A DNA stretch of 64,000 bases from assembly GCA_017453205.1 (NCBI GenBank), contig JAFTKO010000012.1, positions 70,530 to 134,529 on the forward strand, read 5' to 3'. Position numbers and translations under genes: made by a program. The number at the start of each line of letters is the position of its first letter. The stretch's first letter is position 1. The notes below the pieces were generated by a model that saw nothing but the letters and a program-made list of their open reading frames with translations, had not been told where the DNA came from and searched no databases. The DNA is from Clostridia bacterium. GTDB lineage: Bacteria; Bacillota; Clostridia; Oscillospirales; CAG-272. Shown here one piece after another: positions 1 through 8,116 of this stretch.

Positions 1-759
1 ACCGTCGGTGGCGATTGCCTGTGTAAAGGGGATGCGGCGTAGCAGTGCGGAAGGCGGTGTTTGCTCTCCCTCTTGAGCGCAAAGCAGCTTCAAGCAGACC
101 TCGCCGCGGCAGTTAACCACACCGCTGCCTGCGGTAGCTTCATTTACAAAAACCTGTCCCTCGGCGGCAATTACGCGGATGTCCCCCGACTGTGCGTCAC
201 AAAGAATTTCGTCCCCCAATTGCAAGGGATCGCCGATGCCTACAAAGAGGCTTGCACTGTCTACATTCCCGCAAAGCCTTTGCAAGGAGTCGGGCTCTGC
301 ACCGCCCACGATTTCTTCTATGAGTTTGGTACCGTAAAGACGGACGCGCGAACGCAAACGGCACTTGACCGAGAATTTACGAGGCGCGGCAACGCGTCCC
401 GTTACGGTGTCGGTTAGCACCTCCGCGTCACAGATCAAGCCGTCGTTAAGTTCAAAATCCGACGGAACCTCGGTGGGAACGGTAAACTGATATTCGCTCG
501 TTTCGGTGGCACAGTAAAGCGCGCCGTCGTTGCCCGCGTAGAGGATCGCGTAGTCCACGGTGCCGGAAAACTCCGCGTTCCCCGCACCGATATATTTGTC
601 GGGAGGTGAGACCGTTGCGCGAACACGCAACAGGCGTTTGATCTCGGGTTGGTAGTCGGGGAGGGTAAAGTCCGAGGTGAGCTCGGTTACGATCTGACGG
701 TCACAGATCGGTGCCTGTACTCGCATCCCGCTTTTGCTTTCTTTGATGTAGTTGTCCAT
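1..759 (-). CDS. DUF3794-like sporulation/coat-associated protein, N-terminal 253 codons (3' end lies beyond the window edge)
   Basis: Absent from the track because it runs off the left edge. The reverse frame ending at 759 is open for all 253 triplets down to base 1; I checked every plus-strand triplet for TTA/CTA/TCA. ATG at 759-757 with AAGGAG 8 nt upstream. Translation begins MDNYIKESKSGMRVQAPICDRQIVTELTSDFTLPDYQPEIKRLLRVRATVSPPDKYIGAGNAEFSGTVDYAILYAGNDGALY. The LPDxxPxIxxxL motif plus the beta-rich pattern is what I associate with DUF3794; family call from memory. Confidence 0.55.
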   Translation of the reverse strand, partial: MDNYIKESKSGMRVQAPICDRQIVTELTSDFTLPDYQPEIKRLLRVRATVSPPDKYIGAGNAEFSGTVDYAILYAGNDGALYCATETSEYQFTVPTEVPSDFELNDGLICDAEVLTDTVTGRVAAPRKFSVKCRLRSRVRLYGTKLIEEIVGGAEPDSLQRLCGNVDSASLFVGIGDPLQLGDEILCDAQSGDIRVIAAEGQVFVNEATAGSGVVNCRGEVCLKLLCAQEGEQTPPSALLRRIPFTQAIATDG

Positions 760-791
760 ATCGTTCGCTCCTTTGCGCTGAAATATGGTAC

Positions 792-821
792 ATTGTATGC
801 GGCGGGGCTTGGGTTTATGCC
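792..821 (-). promoter_or_regulatory. sigma-E-like sporulation promoter candidate for the DUF3794-like gene
   Basis: Reverse strand reads GGCATAAA-14 nt-CATACAAT, ending about 33 nt upstream of the ATG at 759. It resembles the mother-cell sigma-E consensus as I recall it (GKCATATT-14-CATACAHT). Single-site match only. Confidence 0.35.
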
Positions 822-1024
822 TGTGAGCGTGATCTATATGAAATTACCGAGACCGTTTTGGTATTTGAATACCGTGAATGCGTTTTTTGAGGCAAAAGGT
901 CGAAAAATGCAGTCAAAACGGCAATTCTACTCTCGGTAGAGTGCGGTTCTACCAGTTTTAGAAGTCCGCAGAAGAAAGGGTAGAGGCGCGGGAAGAAACG
1001 GTAGGTTGACTTTTTTGCCCGAAT

Positions 1025-1915
1025 ATGGTTATAATAAAGGTACTCTGCGGACGGTTCCTTGCTTTTTGGAAAACAGGGAATCAGCGGAGGACTTTTGAAA
1101 GAAAGAGGGCGAGGATCACGAGGCAAAAAGAAAAGGCACCAAAAACCGTTTATTACAGCGACGAGCTCAACGATGAGTTTTCGGGCATTTCCAAAAAGAC
1201 GCTGACAGTGGATGAGCATTTCCCGTATCTGCATCAAAATCCGTTTTGGAATCTTGCCGCATTTTTTGTGTACCGCGTGATCATGACACCGTTTGCGTTT
1301 CTGTACGGCAAGCTCAAATTCGGTTTGCGGATCGAGGGACGCCGAAAGCTGAAAGAAATACGGGGACAGGGGATTTTCTTGTTCGGAAATCATACCTTGA
1401 TGGCGGGGGATGCGTTCATTCCCAATTTGGTGACCTTCCCGCGGCGTACCTACGTCGTTGTGCATGCCGACAATCTTTCCACCAAGGGCACCAAAAACTG
1501 GGTACAGATGAGCGGCGGCTTGCCGTTGCCCACCGCGTTCTCGGGCATGAGAAAATTTCTTGAGGCCATGGAGACGCGAATTTTGCAGGGACACTGTATC
1601 GTGATCTATCCCGAGGCACACATTTGGCCCTATTATCGTGGTATCCGTCCGTTCGGCAGTGCATCGTTCCGTTATCCCGTTCGATTTGACGCCCCCGTCT
1701 ATGCGACTACCACCACCTTTCAAAAAAAACGCTTTGGCAAAACGCCGCGCGTTACGGTCTATGTGGACGGTCCGTTCTATCCCGATCGGAGCATAGCACC
1801 GCGGGAGCGCGAAAAGCAACTGCGGGATGCCGTTTATGAAACCATGTGCCGCCGCGCCGAAAACAGCACCTATTCACCTGTGGATTATGTGCGGAGAGAG
1901 GAGAACAACACATGA
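1025..1915 (+). CDS. lysophospholipid / 1-acylglycerol-3-phosphate acyltransferase family protein (PlsC-like)
   Basis: 296-aa ORF with an acyltransferase H-box (FGNHTLMAGD) and a second block (IVIYPEAHIWPY). Start unresolved: ATG 1025 has no SD and sits inside a TTGACT-18-TATAAT promoter-like sequence (1006-1035). There is no in-frame ATG/GTG/TTG between 1040 and about 1210. Confidence 0.7.
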   Translation: MVIIKVLCGRFLAFWKTGNQRRTFERKRARITRQKEKAPKTVYYSDELNDEFSGISKKTLTVDEHFPYLHQNPFWNLAAFFVYRVIMTPFAFLYGKLKFGLRIEGRRKLKEIRGQGIFLFGNHTLMAGDAFIPNLVTFPRRTYVVVHADNLSTKGTKNWVQMSGGLPLPTAFSGMRKFLEAMETRILQGHCIVIYPEAHIWPYYRGIRPFGSASFRYPVRFDAPVYATTTTFQKKRFGKTPRVTVYVDGPFYPDRSIAPREREKQLRDAVYETMCRRAENSTYSPVDYVRREENNT

Positions 1916-2736
1916 CGGTTCCGATTTTGTTTGCGGGGAATACGCGCGTGTTTGACGGTATGGTCATTTCTTCGCTTTCCATCGTGAGGTATTGCAAGGC
2001 ACCGATCCACGTCTATCTGTTGACCATGGATCTGACCGACCGCAACCCCGCGTTTCAGCCGATTACCGAGGCACAGAGACGTTATTTGGAAGAGATATAC
2101 ACGGCGGTCAATGCCGACAGCCGCGTGGAGATCGTGGACTTGGAGGACGATTACCGCGAGACGATGCTCCACTCACCCAACGCCGAGACCGGCTACACAC
2201 CGTACTGTTTTTTGCGTCTTTACGCTGACCGTTTGCATGAGCTCCCCGACAAGGTGATCTATCTGGATACCGATACCGTGCTTTGCGACGATATTGCAAA
2301 GCTTTATGCCGAGGATGTGGAAAATTATGAGCTTGCGGGGGTGCGCGACCGCTACGGGTGTCATTTCTTTGGCATCAATTATATCAACTCGGGTGTCCTA
2401 CTTCTCAATCTTAAAAAAATTCGCGAAACGGGGCTGTTTCGGAAAGCGCTGGATGCCTGTGCGCAAAAAAAGATTTTTTTACCCGATCAAACCGCGATCA
2501 ACCGCATGGCGAAAAGAAAACGCATTTTACCGCGCCGTTACAACGAGCAAAAGGGTGAGCGGGATGACACGGTCATCCGACATTTTTCGATGACCATTCT
2601 TTGGCTCCCTCGGTTTCGCACCCGCAATATCAAGCCGTGGCAAGTCGATTTGGTGCATGACGTGTTGAAAAACCACAGACATGACGAAATTTTGGATGCG
2701 TATTTGCGTCGCAGATCGACGTTCCCAAATACGTGA
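1912..2736 (+). CDS. glycosyltransferase family 8
   Basis: Start moved from 1846 to ATG 1912 (GAGAGAGGAG SD; ATGA overlap with the upstream stop at 1915). MTVPILFAGNTRVFDGMV, DxD motif YLDTDTV, and INSGVLLLNL block are typical of GT8 (RfaJ/GspA-like). Confidence 0.75.
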   Translation: MTVPILFAGNTRVFDGMVISSLSIVRYCKAPIHVYLLTMDLTDRNPAFQPITEAQRRYLEEIYTAVNADSRVEIVDLEDDYRETMLHSPNAETGYTPYCFLRLYADRLHELPDKVIYLDTDTVLCDDIAKLYAEDVENYELAGVRDRYGCHFFGINYINSGVLLLNLKKIRETGLFRKALDACAQKKIFLPDQTAINRMAKRKRILPRRYNEQKGERDDTVIRHFSMTILWLPRFRTRNIKPWQVDLVHDVLKNHRHDEILDAYLRRRSTFPNT

Positions 2737-2811
2737 CACCCAAATGCTCTTACCTATCCATGTAAAAAATTGATCAAACTTTTTTCCATCATACAGAAAG
2801 GATTGATTTTT

Positions 2812-3798
2812 ATGATGAACCAAAAACATAACATGATTCCGATTTTCTTTTCGTCGGACGATAACTATCTGCCTTTTTTGGCTGTTTCAATCCGTTCTCT
2901 CATCGAGAATGCCTCTCCCGATTACAGCTATTGTATCCACATCCTCAATAACGGTCTAGACGAGGCACGCCTGTCTCATATTTTGGCGATGCAGACCGAA
3001 AACGTGGAGATCCGTCCCGTGGATGTCACGAGTGTGATCGCACCGATCGCCGAGCGCTTGAACTTGCGGGATTATTACACCGTTTCCATCTATTTCCGTC
3101 TGTTTATTGCCTCTATGTTTCCGCAGTATCACAAGGCGATCTATTTGGATGCCGATATTGCCGTCAACGGAGATATTTCAGAGCTCTACAATATTTCGCT
3201 GGGGAAAAAGATCCTCGGCGTGGTCAGCGATGATATCATCGCAAGCCACCGCGATTTTCGCCGCTATGCTGAGGAGGGTGTGGGCGTTCCGTACCGCCGT
3301 TATTTCAACTCGGGCGTGTTGCTGATGAATCTCGACGCCTTTCGTCTTGCCGATATCGAGCGCAGATTTGTTTACTTGTTGCAAAAATATCATTTTGAAA
3401 CGGTCTGCCCGGACCAAGACTATCTCAATGTTCTTTGTCGCGACCGCGTGCTTTATCTTGATAAGGGGTGGAACAAAATGTCGATCGACCGCAACTACGA
3501 CGGCGTACCGAAGATCGTGCACTACAATATGTTTTACAAGCCGTGGCAGTACACAAATATCGTCTATCAAGAGTATTTTTGGAAGTACGCCCAGATGACA
3601 CCGTTTTACGGTGAATTGAAGCAGATGCAAAAGAATTTCGGCTTCAAGGGCAGAATGGGACACCGCCGCGCCAACCGCACTCTACACAGAAATGCGTTAC
3701 GCATTTCCGATCTGCCGAATAATTTTAAGTGTGTGATGAATGCTTCCCCGATCGAAGCGGGGGACTTGCATTTTGACGGAGCAGTATATGAAGCATAA
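2812..3798 (+). CDS. glycosyltransferase family 8
   Basis: Track ORF starts at TTG 2770. ATG 2812 is preferred (AAAGGA about 10 nt upstream). IPIFFSSDDNYLPFLAVSIRS, YLDADIAV (DxD), FNSGVLLMNL. Paralog of the preceding gene. Confidence 0.75.
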   Translation: MMNQKHNMIPIFFSSDDNYLPFLAVSIRSLIENASPDYSYCIHILNNGLDEARLSHILAMQTENVEIRPVDVTSVIAPIAERLNLRDYYTVSIYFRLFIASMFPQYHKAIYLDADIAVNGDISELYNISLGKKILGVVSDDIIASHRDFRRYAEEGVGVPYRRYFNSGVLLMNLDAFRLADIERRFVYLLQKYHFETVCPDQDYLNVLCRDRVLYLDKGWNKMSIDRNYDGVPKIVHYNMFYKPWQYTNIVYQEYFWKYAQMTPFYGELKQMQKNFGFKGRMGHRRANRTLHRNALRISDLPNNFKCVMNASPIEAGDLHFDGAVYEA

Positions 3799-4633
3799 AA
3801 AAAATCCGCCCGAAAGATCGGCGGAGCGATTGGAAATACTGGAACGAATCCGCAAGCTGGAGGCAGAGGGCGGGGAGAGCTACTATGTGGACGTGGAGCC
3901 CGATCCGTGCGGTCCCGAGCTTGGTCCCGATGATGTGGATTATCTGCGCATCAAGCCGAGAAACAAGTTCAAAACCTTTTGGGCGCGCAGGATGGCGTGG
4001 ATTTTGCACCGTATCTTCCGTAAGGATTTGCAAATGACGGTGGTGGGAGAAGAGAATCTGCAAAACATCCGAGGCGGTGCCATCATTACCAGCAATCATT
4101 TCAGCATTTACGAAAATCTCGCGGTATGGGAGGTTGCAAAACGCGTCCCGGGCAAGCACCGTTTTTATCGCGTCATCAAGGGGCTTAATTATTATCAGCC
4201 CGGTTGGGTGGGCTTTTTGATGAAGAACTGTGACACGCTTCCCTTGAGTAAAAATCTCAAGACCATGCGTCTTTTGGGTGAGGCGTTGGGGCAAATTTTG
4301 AAGGATGACGGGCTTGTATTGGTCTATCCCGAGCAGGCGATGTGGTGGAATTACCGCAAACCGCGTCCTCCCAAAGCGGGGGCGTACCATTACGCCGCAA
4401 AATTCCATGTACCCATCATTCCGTGCTTTGTTACCATGGAGGATACCGACCGTTTTGATGAACACGGATTTCCAAAACAGAAATACACCATTCACGTCAT
4501 GCCGCCGCTCTATCCCGATCCCGACAAGACCGCGCGTGAGAACGAGCGCGCAATGCAAGCTGAAAATTACCGCCTGTGTTGCGAAAAGTATCGCGAGGTG
4601 TATGGGGAAACGCTCGAAATACAAAACGCATAA
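3788..4633 (+). CDS. lysophospholipid acyltransferase family protein (PlsC-like), second copy
   Basis: ATG 3788 overlaps the GT8 stop (3796-3798) by 11 nt. Motifs ITSNHFSIYE and LVLVYPEQAMWWNY. Confidence 0.7.
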   Translation: MKHKKNPPERSAERLEILERIRKLEAEGGESYYVDVEPDPCGPELGPDDVDYLRIKPRNKFKTFWARRMAWILHRIFRKDLQMTVVGEENLQNIRGGAIITSNHFSIYENLAVWEVAKRVPGKHRFYRVIKGLNYYQPGWVGFLMKNCDTLPLSKNLKTMRLLGEALGQILKDDGLVLVYPEQAMWWNYRKPRPPKAGAYHYAAKFHVPIIPCFVTMEDTDRFDEHGFPKQKYTIHVMPPLYPDPDKTARENERAMQAENYRLCCEKYREVYGETLEIQNA

Positions 4634-4669
4634 TATAAAGTACTAAATTCATAATGAAGATTTTGAAGT

Positions 4670-4710
4670 GATCTCGTAGGGACGGCATGCTCCTACGGGA
4701 TCATATTTTA
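4670..4710 (+). terminator. rho-independent terminator after the acyltransferase cassette
   Basis: GATCTCGTAGGga-cggcatgc-TCCTACGGGATC stem (one G-U pair) followed by ATATTTTA. Confidence 0.6.
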
Positions 4711-4805
4711 AAGATATCGCGAACCACATTTGTGCATGTAAAATGTCTTATTCGCAAACTTTACAGCAGATAAAAAATTTCCAATGAAAAATATTTGATA
4801 TCCTC

Positions 4806-4852
4806 TTGACAAAATACCGTTTATCATTTATAATTTAATTGTGCTCAATTAA
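4806..4852 (+). promoter_or_regulatory. gpx promoter (TTGACA-17-TATAAT) with abutting palindrome TTAATTG-tgct-CAATTAA (candidate OhrR box)
   Basis: TTGACA 4806-4811, TATAAT 4829-4834, inverted repeat 4835-4852. The core CAATTAAATT matches the B. subtilis OhrR operator half-sites (TACAATT/AATTGTA) as I remember them. Confidence 0.55.
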
Positions 4853-4879
4853 ATTTTGCAAAATTATTTGGAGGAAGAA

Positions 4880-5422
4880 ATGAGTATTTATGATTTCAAA
4901 GTAAAAGCACAGGACGGCAGAGAGGTTTCTCTTTCCGATTATCGGGGCAAGGTCCTTTTGATCGTCAACACGGCAACGGGGTGCGGATTTACGCCCCAGT
5001 ATGATGCATTGCAGGATCTGTACGACGCGCATCATGATGCAGGCTTGGAAATTTTGGATTTCCCCTGTAACCAGTTCGGTGAGCAGGCACCCGGCGACGA
5101 TGAGGAGATTCACTCTTTCTGCACAGGTCGCTACGGCATCACATTCCCACAGTTTTCCAAGGTCGATGTCATCGGTGAGCATGCCATTCCTCTGTTTGCA
5201 TGGCTTTCCGAGAACAGCAAATTTGAGGGCTTTGGCAAGAGCCCCATGGCTCTGATGATGAACGGTGTTGCCAAAAAGATGGATAAGGACTTTAAGAAAA
5301 ACGGCGCGGTTAAATGGAATTTTACCAAGTTTTTGATCGATCGTGAGGGCAATATTGTTGCCCGCTTTGAGCCTACCGCCTCGATGAAAAGCGTTGCCGA
5401 ACAGGTCAAGGCGGTACTGTGA
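4880..5422 (+). CDS. gpx: glutathione peroxidase (Cys-type)
   Basis: Start moved to ATG 4880 (GGAGGA SD). MSIYDFKVKAQDGREVSLSDYRGKVLLIVNTATGCGFTPQY and FPCNQFGEQAPG are classic GPx blocks. Confidence 0.88.
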   Translation: MSIYDFKVKAQDGREVSLSDYRGKVLLIVNTATGCGFTPQYDALQDLYDAHHDAGLEILDFPCNQFGEQAPGDDEEIHSFCTGRYGITFPQFSKVDVIGEHAIPLFAWLSENSKFEGFGKSPMALMMNGVAKKMDKDFKKNGAVKWNFTKFLIDREGNIVARFEPTASMKSVAEQVKAVL

Positions 5423-5685
5423 TGCGCTGTGAATATCAAACCGAAAATACCTGTGCACAGCTCATCCGCTTTGATCTGGAGGGAAACATTGTCCGCAACA
5501 TCGAGTTTTTGGGCGGTTGCAACGGCAACCTCAAAGCCATCGCCAAGCTGGTGGACGGCTGGACGGTGGAAAAAATTGAGGAAATGCTGGCGGGCAATAC
5601 TTGCGGGCGCAGACCGACCTCCTGTGGCGATCAACTGGCGCGGGCGGTACGCGCGGCTTATGAAAAAGCGGTAAAATTGTCATAA
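5422..5685 (+). CDS. TIGR03905-type small Cys-rich TSCPD-domain protein
   Basis: ATG 5422 shares one base with the gpx TGA (gTGATG). 87 aa: MRCEYQTENTCAQLIRFDLEGNIVRNIEFLGGCNGNLKAIAKLVDGW...GNTCGRRPTSCGDQLA. Family call from memory. Confidence 0.7.
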   Translation: MRCEYQTENTCAQLIRFDLEGNIVRNIEFLGGCNGNLKAIAKLVDGWTVEKIEEMLAGNTCGRRPTSCGDQLARAVRAAYEKAVKLS

Positions 5686-5689
5686 CGGG

Positions 5690-5728
5690 TTGCATTTTTT
5701 GTTGTTACATGCTATAATATTATGTAAC
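5690..5728 (+). promoter_or_regulatory. ohrR promoter candidate with inverted repeat GTTACAT-N11-ATGTAAC spanning the -10
   Basis: TTGCAT (5690-5695)-18 nt-TATAAT (5714-5719). Repeat arms at 5704-5710 and 5722-5728. Confidence 0.45.
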
Positions 5729-5748
5729 CGAATGCACGGAGGTAGGAC

Positions 5749-6189
5749 ATGGACGATTTCAAATATGATGCTTTAAAGCTAGAGCATCAGATATGCTTTC
5801 CGCTTTACGCCGCTTCGCGTGAGATCATCAAAAGATACAAACCTTTTCTTGATGAGCTCGATTTGACCTATACGCAATACATTGCCATGATGATCCTTTG
5901 GGATAAAAAATCGCTGACCGCAAAGGAAATGGGCGAGATGCTTTATTTGGACTCGGGCACGTTGACACCCCTGCTCAAAAAGATGGAGGAAAAAGGCTTG
6001 TTGAGCCGTTCGCGTTCTCGGGAGGACGAGCGCAATCTGATCGTGACCGTGACCGGGGCGGGGGATTGCCTTAAGGAGCGTGCGACGGATATTCCCGCCA
6101 AGATTGCACAGTGCGCAAGACTGGAACCCGAAGAGGCACTTGCACTATACCGAATTTTGTATAAGATTCTTGGAAAAAACGAGAAATAA
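5749..6189 (+). CDS. ohrR: MarR-family organic-hydroperoxide sensor, OhrR-type
   Basis: MDDFKYDALKLEHQICFPLYAASREIIKRYKPFLDELDLTYTQY...LYLDSGTLTPLLKKMEEKGL. Closely parallels B. subtilis OhrR as I recall it, including the sensing Cys in QxCFxLY. Confidence 0.85.
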   Translation: MDDFKYDALKLEHQICFPLYAASREIIKRYKPFLDELDLTYTQYIAMMILWDKKSLTAKEMGEMLYLDSGTLTPLLKKMEEKGLLSRSRSREDERNLIVTVTGAGDCLKERATDIPAKIAQCARLEPEEALALYRILYKILGKNEK

Positions 6190-6196
6190 ATCATAG

Positions 6197-6240
6197 CCCG
6201 CCGATCGCGGTACCTGTACGGAACATGATCGGCGGGTCGT
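6197..6240 (+). terminator. rho-independent terminator after ohrR
   Basis: CCCGCCGATC (6197-6206)...GATCGGCGGG (6227-6236) followed by TCGTTTT. Confidence 0.7.
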
Positions 6241-6491
6241 TTTAATATTCATTTTCAAGATCGGGTGGAATAAGAGAGGAGATAAAGCTGTTCAACGATT
6301 TCGCATCCGAGCGGCTTGCAACGGCGCGGAGAAAATAAAACACGTATTGCTGGCTGTCCTTTTGCATGGCGTAGCAGATTGCTATCGCGTTCAGCGTCGC
6401 CGACATGGAGGGATCGAGCTCATTTGCTCAGCCTAACCCCTTTGGAAAGCGTATAAATATTTTTTTGTTTCTTTCGTTTCTGCCTTTTCAG

Positions 6492-7373
6492 TTATATCAT
6501 TTGTTGGTAGACTTCGTTTTTCGGGACGCCGCGATCCTTGGCGGCTTGCTTGATAGCGTCCATTTTTGACATGCCGCCCGCCATGTAATGCGCCACGTGT
6601 GTGGGAATGTCCATGCTTTCCCAAAATGCGGTGGGGGCAGAGGCTTCGGAAGCCCCCTCAACGACAAGGACGTATTCGCCGCGCGGTTCGGTTTCGTTGT
6701 AATGATCGACTGCCTCGGCAAGTGTCAGACGCAGAATCTCCTCGTTGAGCTTGGTCAATTCCCGACAAATAGCTATACGGCGATCTTTTCCGAACGTATC
6801 GCAAAGATCCTTGAGCGTGGCGCGGAGCTTATGCGGTGCCTCATGAAAGAGCATGGTACGGCGTTCGGTCGCAAGCTCACCGAGGTGTCCGCGTCTTTCG
6901 GCTTTGTTGACCGACAAAAAGCCCTCAAAGGTAAAGCGCCCCGTGGGGAGGCCCGAAAGCGTCAGCGCGGTGATCGATGCCACGGGACCGGGAATTGAAG
7001 TGACGGGAATGTCGCGCGCGGCGCAAAGTGCCACCATATCCTCACCGGGGTCGCTGATGGCAGGGGTGCCTGCGTCGGTAATCAGCGCACAAGACTCACC
7101 CCTTTCCAAGCGTTCGGCAATCTGTTCGCCCCGCTCACGCTTGTTATGCTCAAAATACGAGACCATCGGCTTGCTGATGCCGAGGTGTGTCAGTAGGCGC
7201 ATGGAGTTGCGTGTGTCCTCCGCGGCGATGAAGTCGACCTCGGACAGCACCTTGACCGCACGCTCAGAAAGGTCTCCGAGGTTGCCGATCGGCGTGGCGA
7301 CGAGGTACAATGTCCCCGCCTCCACGCGGTTTTTCTCCTTTGTAGAATTTTCAAGCTTTTTGATTGAACTCAT
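6492..7373 (-). CDS. rsmI: 16S rRNA (cytidine1402-2'-O)-methyltransferase
   Basis: GTLYLVATPIGNLGDLSERAVKVLSEVDFIAAEDTRNSMRLLTHLGI and the tetrapyrrole-methylase fold pattern. Confidence 0.9.
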   Translation of the reverse strand: MSSIKKLENSTKEKNRVEAGTLYLVATPIGNLGDLSERAVKVLSEVDFIAAEDTRNSMRLLTHLGISKPMVSYFEHNKRERGEQIAERLERGESCALITDAGTPAISDPGEDMVALCAARDIPVTSIPGPVASITALTLSGLPTGRFTFEGFLSVNKAERRGHLGELATERRTMLFHEAPHKLRATLKDLCDTFGKDRRIAICRELTKLNEEILRLTLAEAVDHYNETEPRGEYVLVVEGASEASAPTAFWESMDIPTHVAHYMAGGMSKMDAIKQAAKDRGVPKNEVYQQMI

Positions 7374-7395
7374 GATATATCCTTTCTTTTTTTGC

Positions 7396-7441
7396 GGGAA
7401 ACTTCTTGAAAGAAGTTTCCCACACCCTCAAGAATTTTCAC
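7396..7441 (+). repeat. intergenic hairpin-plus-tail repeat, copy 1
   Basis: T-run, then GGGAAACTTCTTgaAAGAAGTTTCCC, then tail ACACCCTCAAGAATTTTCAC. Confidence 0.55.
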
Positions 7442-7555
7442 TGCCGGAAATCTTCCCACAATTATCAAATTTATAACATTTTTAATCTTTACACGCTTTT
7501 TCATGCCGTCGCATACTCTGTATATGAGAACACAAAACCTTTCGGGAGGGGTACT

Positions 7556-8116
7556 ATGGCAACCAAAATTTATATTGATCAAGGTCACAATCCGGAGAAC
7601 CCGAATGCGGGTGCCGAGGGAAATGGCTTACAGGAACAAACCATTACTTACCGTGTCGGTCAAGAGCTGGCAAGCCTGTTGCGTGCCAATCCCGATTTTG
7701 AGGTGCGGCTGTCGCGTCCGACGCCCACCACCTCGTTGGGAACGTCCAATTCCACCAGCTTGCAGGCGCGCGTGAATGATGCCAACTCTTGGGGCGCGGA
7801 CTATTTTATCAGCTTGCATACCAATTCGTCGGATCTTCCCGAGGCGGGCGGCGTGGAGGCATTTGCTTATTCGCAACCGTCACGCGCGTTTTCCTTGGGA
7901 GAGGATATCGTGCAAAATCTTTCCGAGGCAACGGGACTCCGAAACCGAGGGATGAAAGTTCGCCCGGGGCTTTATGTCTTGCGCCGCACCAATATGCCCG
8001 CCGTGCTCGTGGAAATGGGGTTTATCTCCAATCCCTCCGAGGCGGCACTGATGAACAACAATCCCGAGCTGTTTGCACGTGGTATCTATAACGGCATTGT
8101 GGAATATTTGGGTTAA
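7556..8116 (+). CDS. N-acetylmuramoyl-L-alanine amidase (Amidase_3), no signal peptide
   Basis: Start moved from TTG 7406 to ATG 7556 (GGGAGGGG SD). MATKIYIDQGHNPENPNAGAEGNGLQE...ADYFISLHTNS...AVLVEMGFISNPSEA. Confidence 0.8.
   Translation: MATKIYIDQGHNPENPNAGAEGNGLQEQTITYRVGQELASLLRANPDFEVRLSRPTPTTSLGTSNSTSLQARVNDANSWGADYFISLHTNSSDLPEAGGVEAFAYSQPSRAFSLGEDIVQNLSEATGLRNRGMKVRPGLYVLRRTNMPAVLVEMGFISNPSEAALMNNNPELFARGIYNGIVEYLG

Noticed and set aside
815-1819. 334-aa reverse ORF, and similar shadows at 30615-31673 (+), 37281-38282 (-), 38793-39749 (-) and 60164-61396 (-)
   Set aside because: They overlap well-supported genes on the other strand (acyltransferase, asd, GH38, DUF3793/SOD-like) and show no motifs.
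6242-6406. 54-aa reverse-strand ORF (MSATLNAIAICYAMQKDSQQYVFYFLRAVASRSDAKSLNSFISSLIPPDLENEY) in the 255-bp gap downstream of rsmI
   Set aside because: It has no SD (upstream is GATCCCTCC), sits below the track's size cut-off, and resembles no family I know. It could be a real small protein or a gene remnant, but the sequence alone does not support a call.
7406-7555. N-terminal extensions in the supplied ORF track (for example 7406, 9162, 11316, 21899, 49855, 54430, 55644, 56906, 58481, 59713, 59960, 60608)
   Set aside because: The extensions lack an SD, often begin with TTG/GTG, and encode unstructured sequence. In each case an internal ATG with a good AGGAGG-type SD coincides with the conserved N-terminus of the family.
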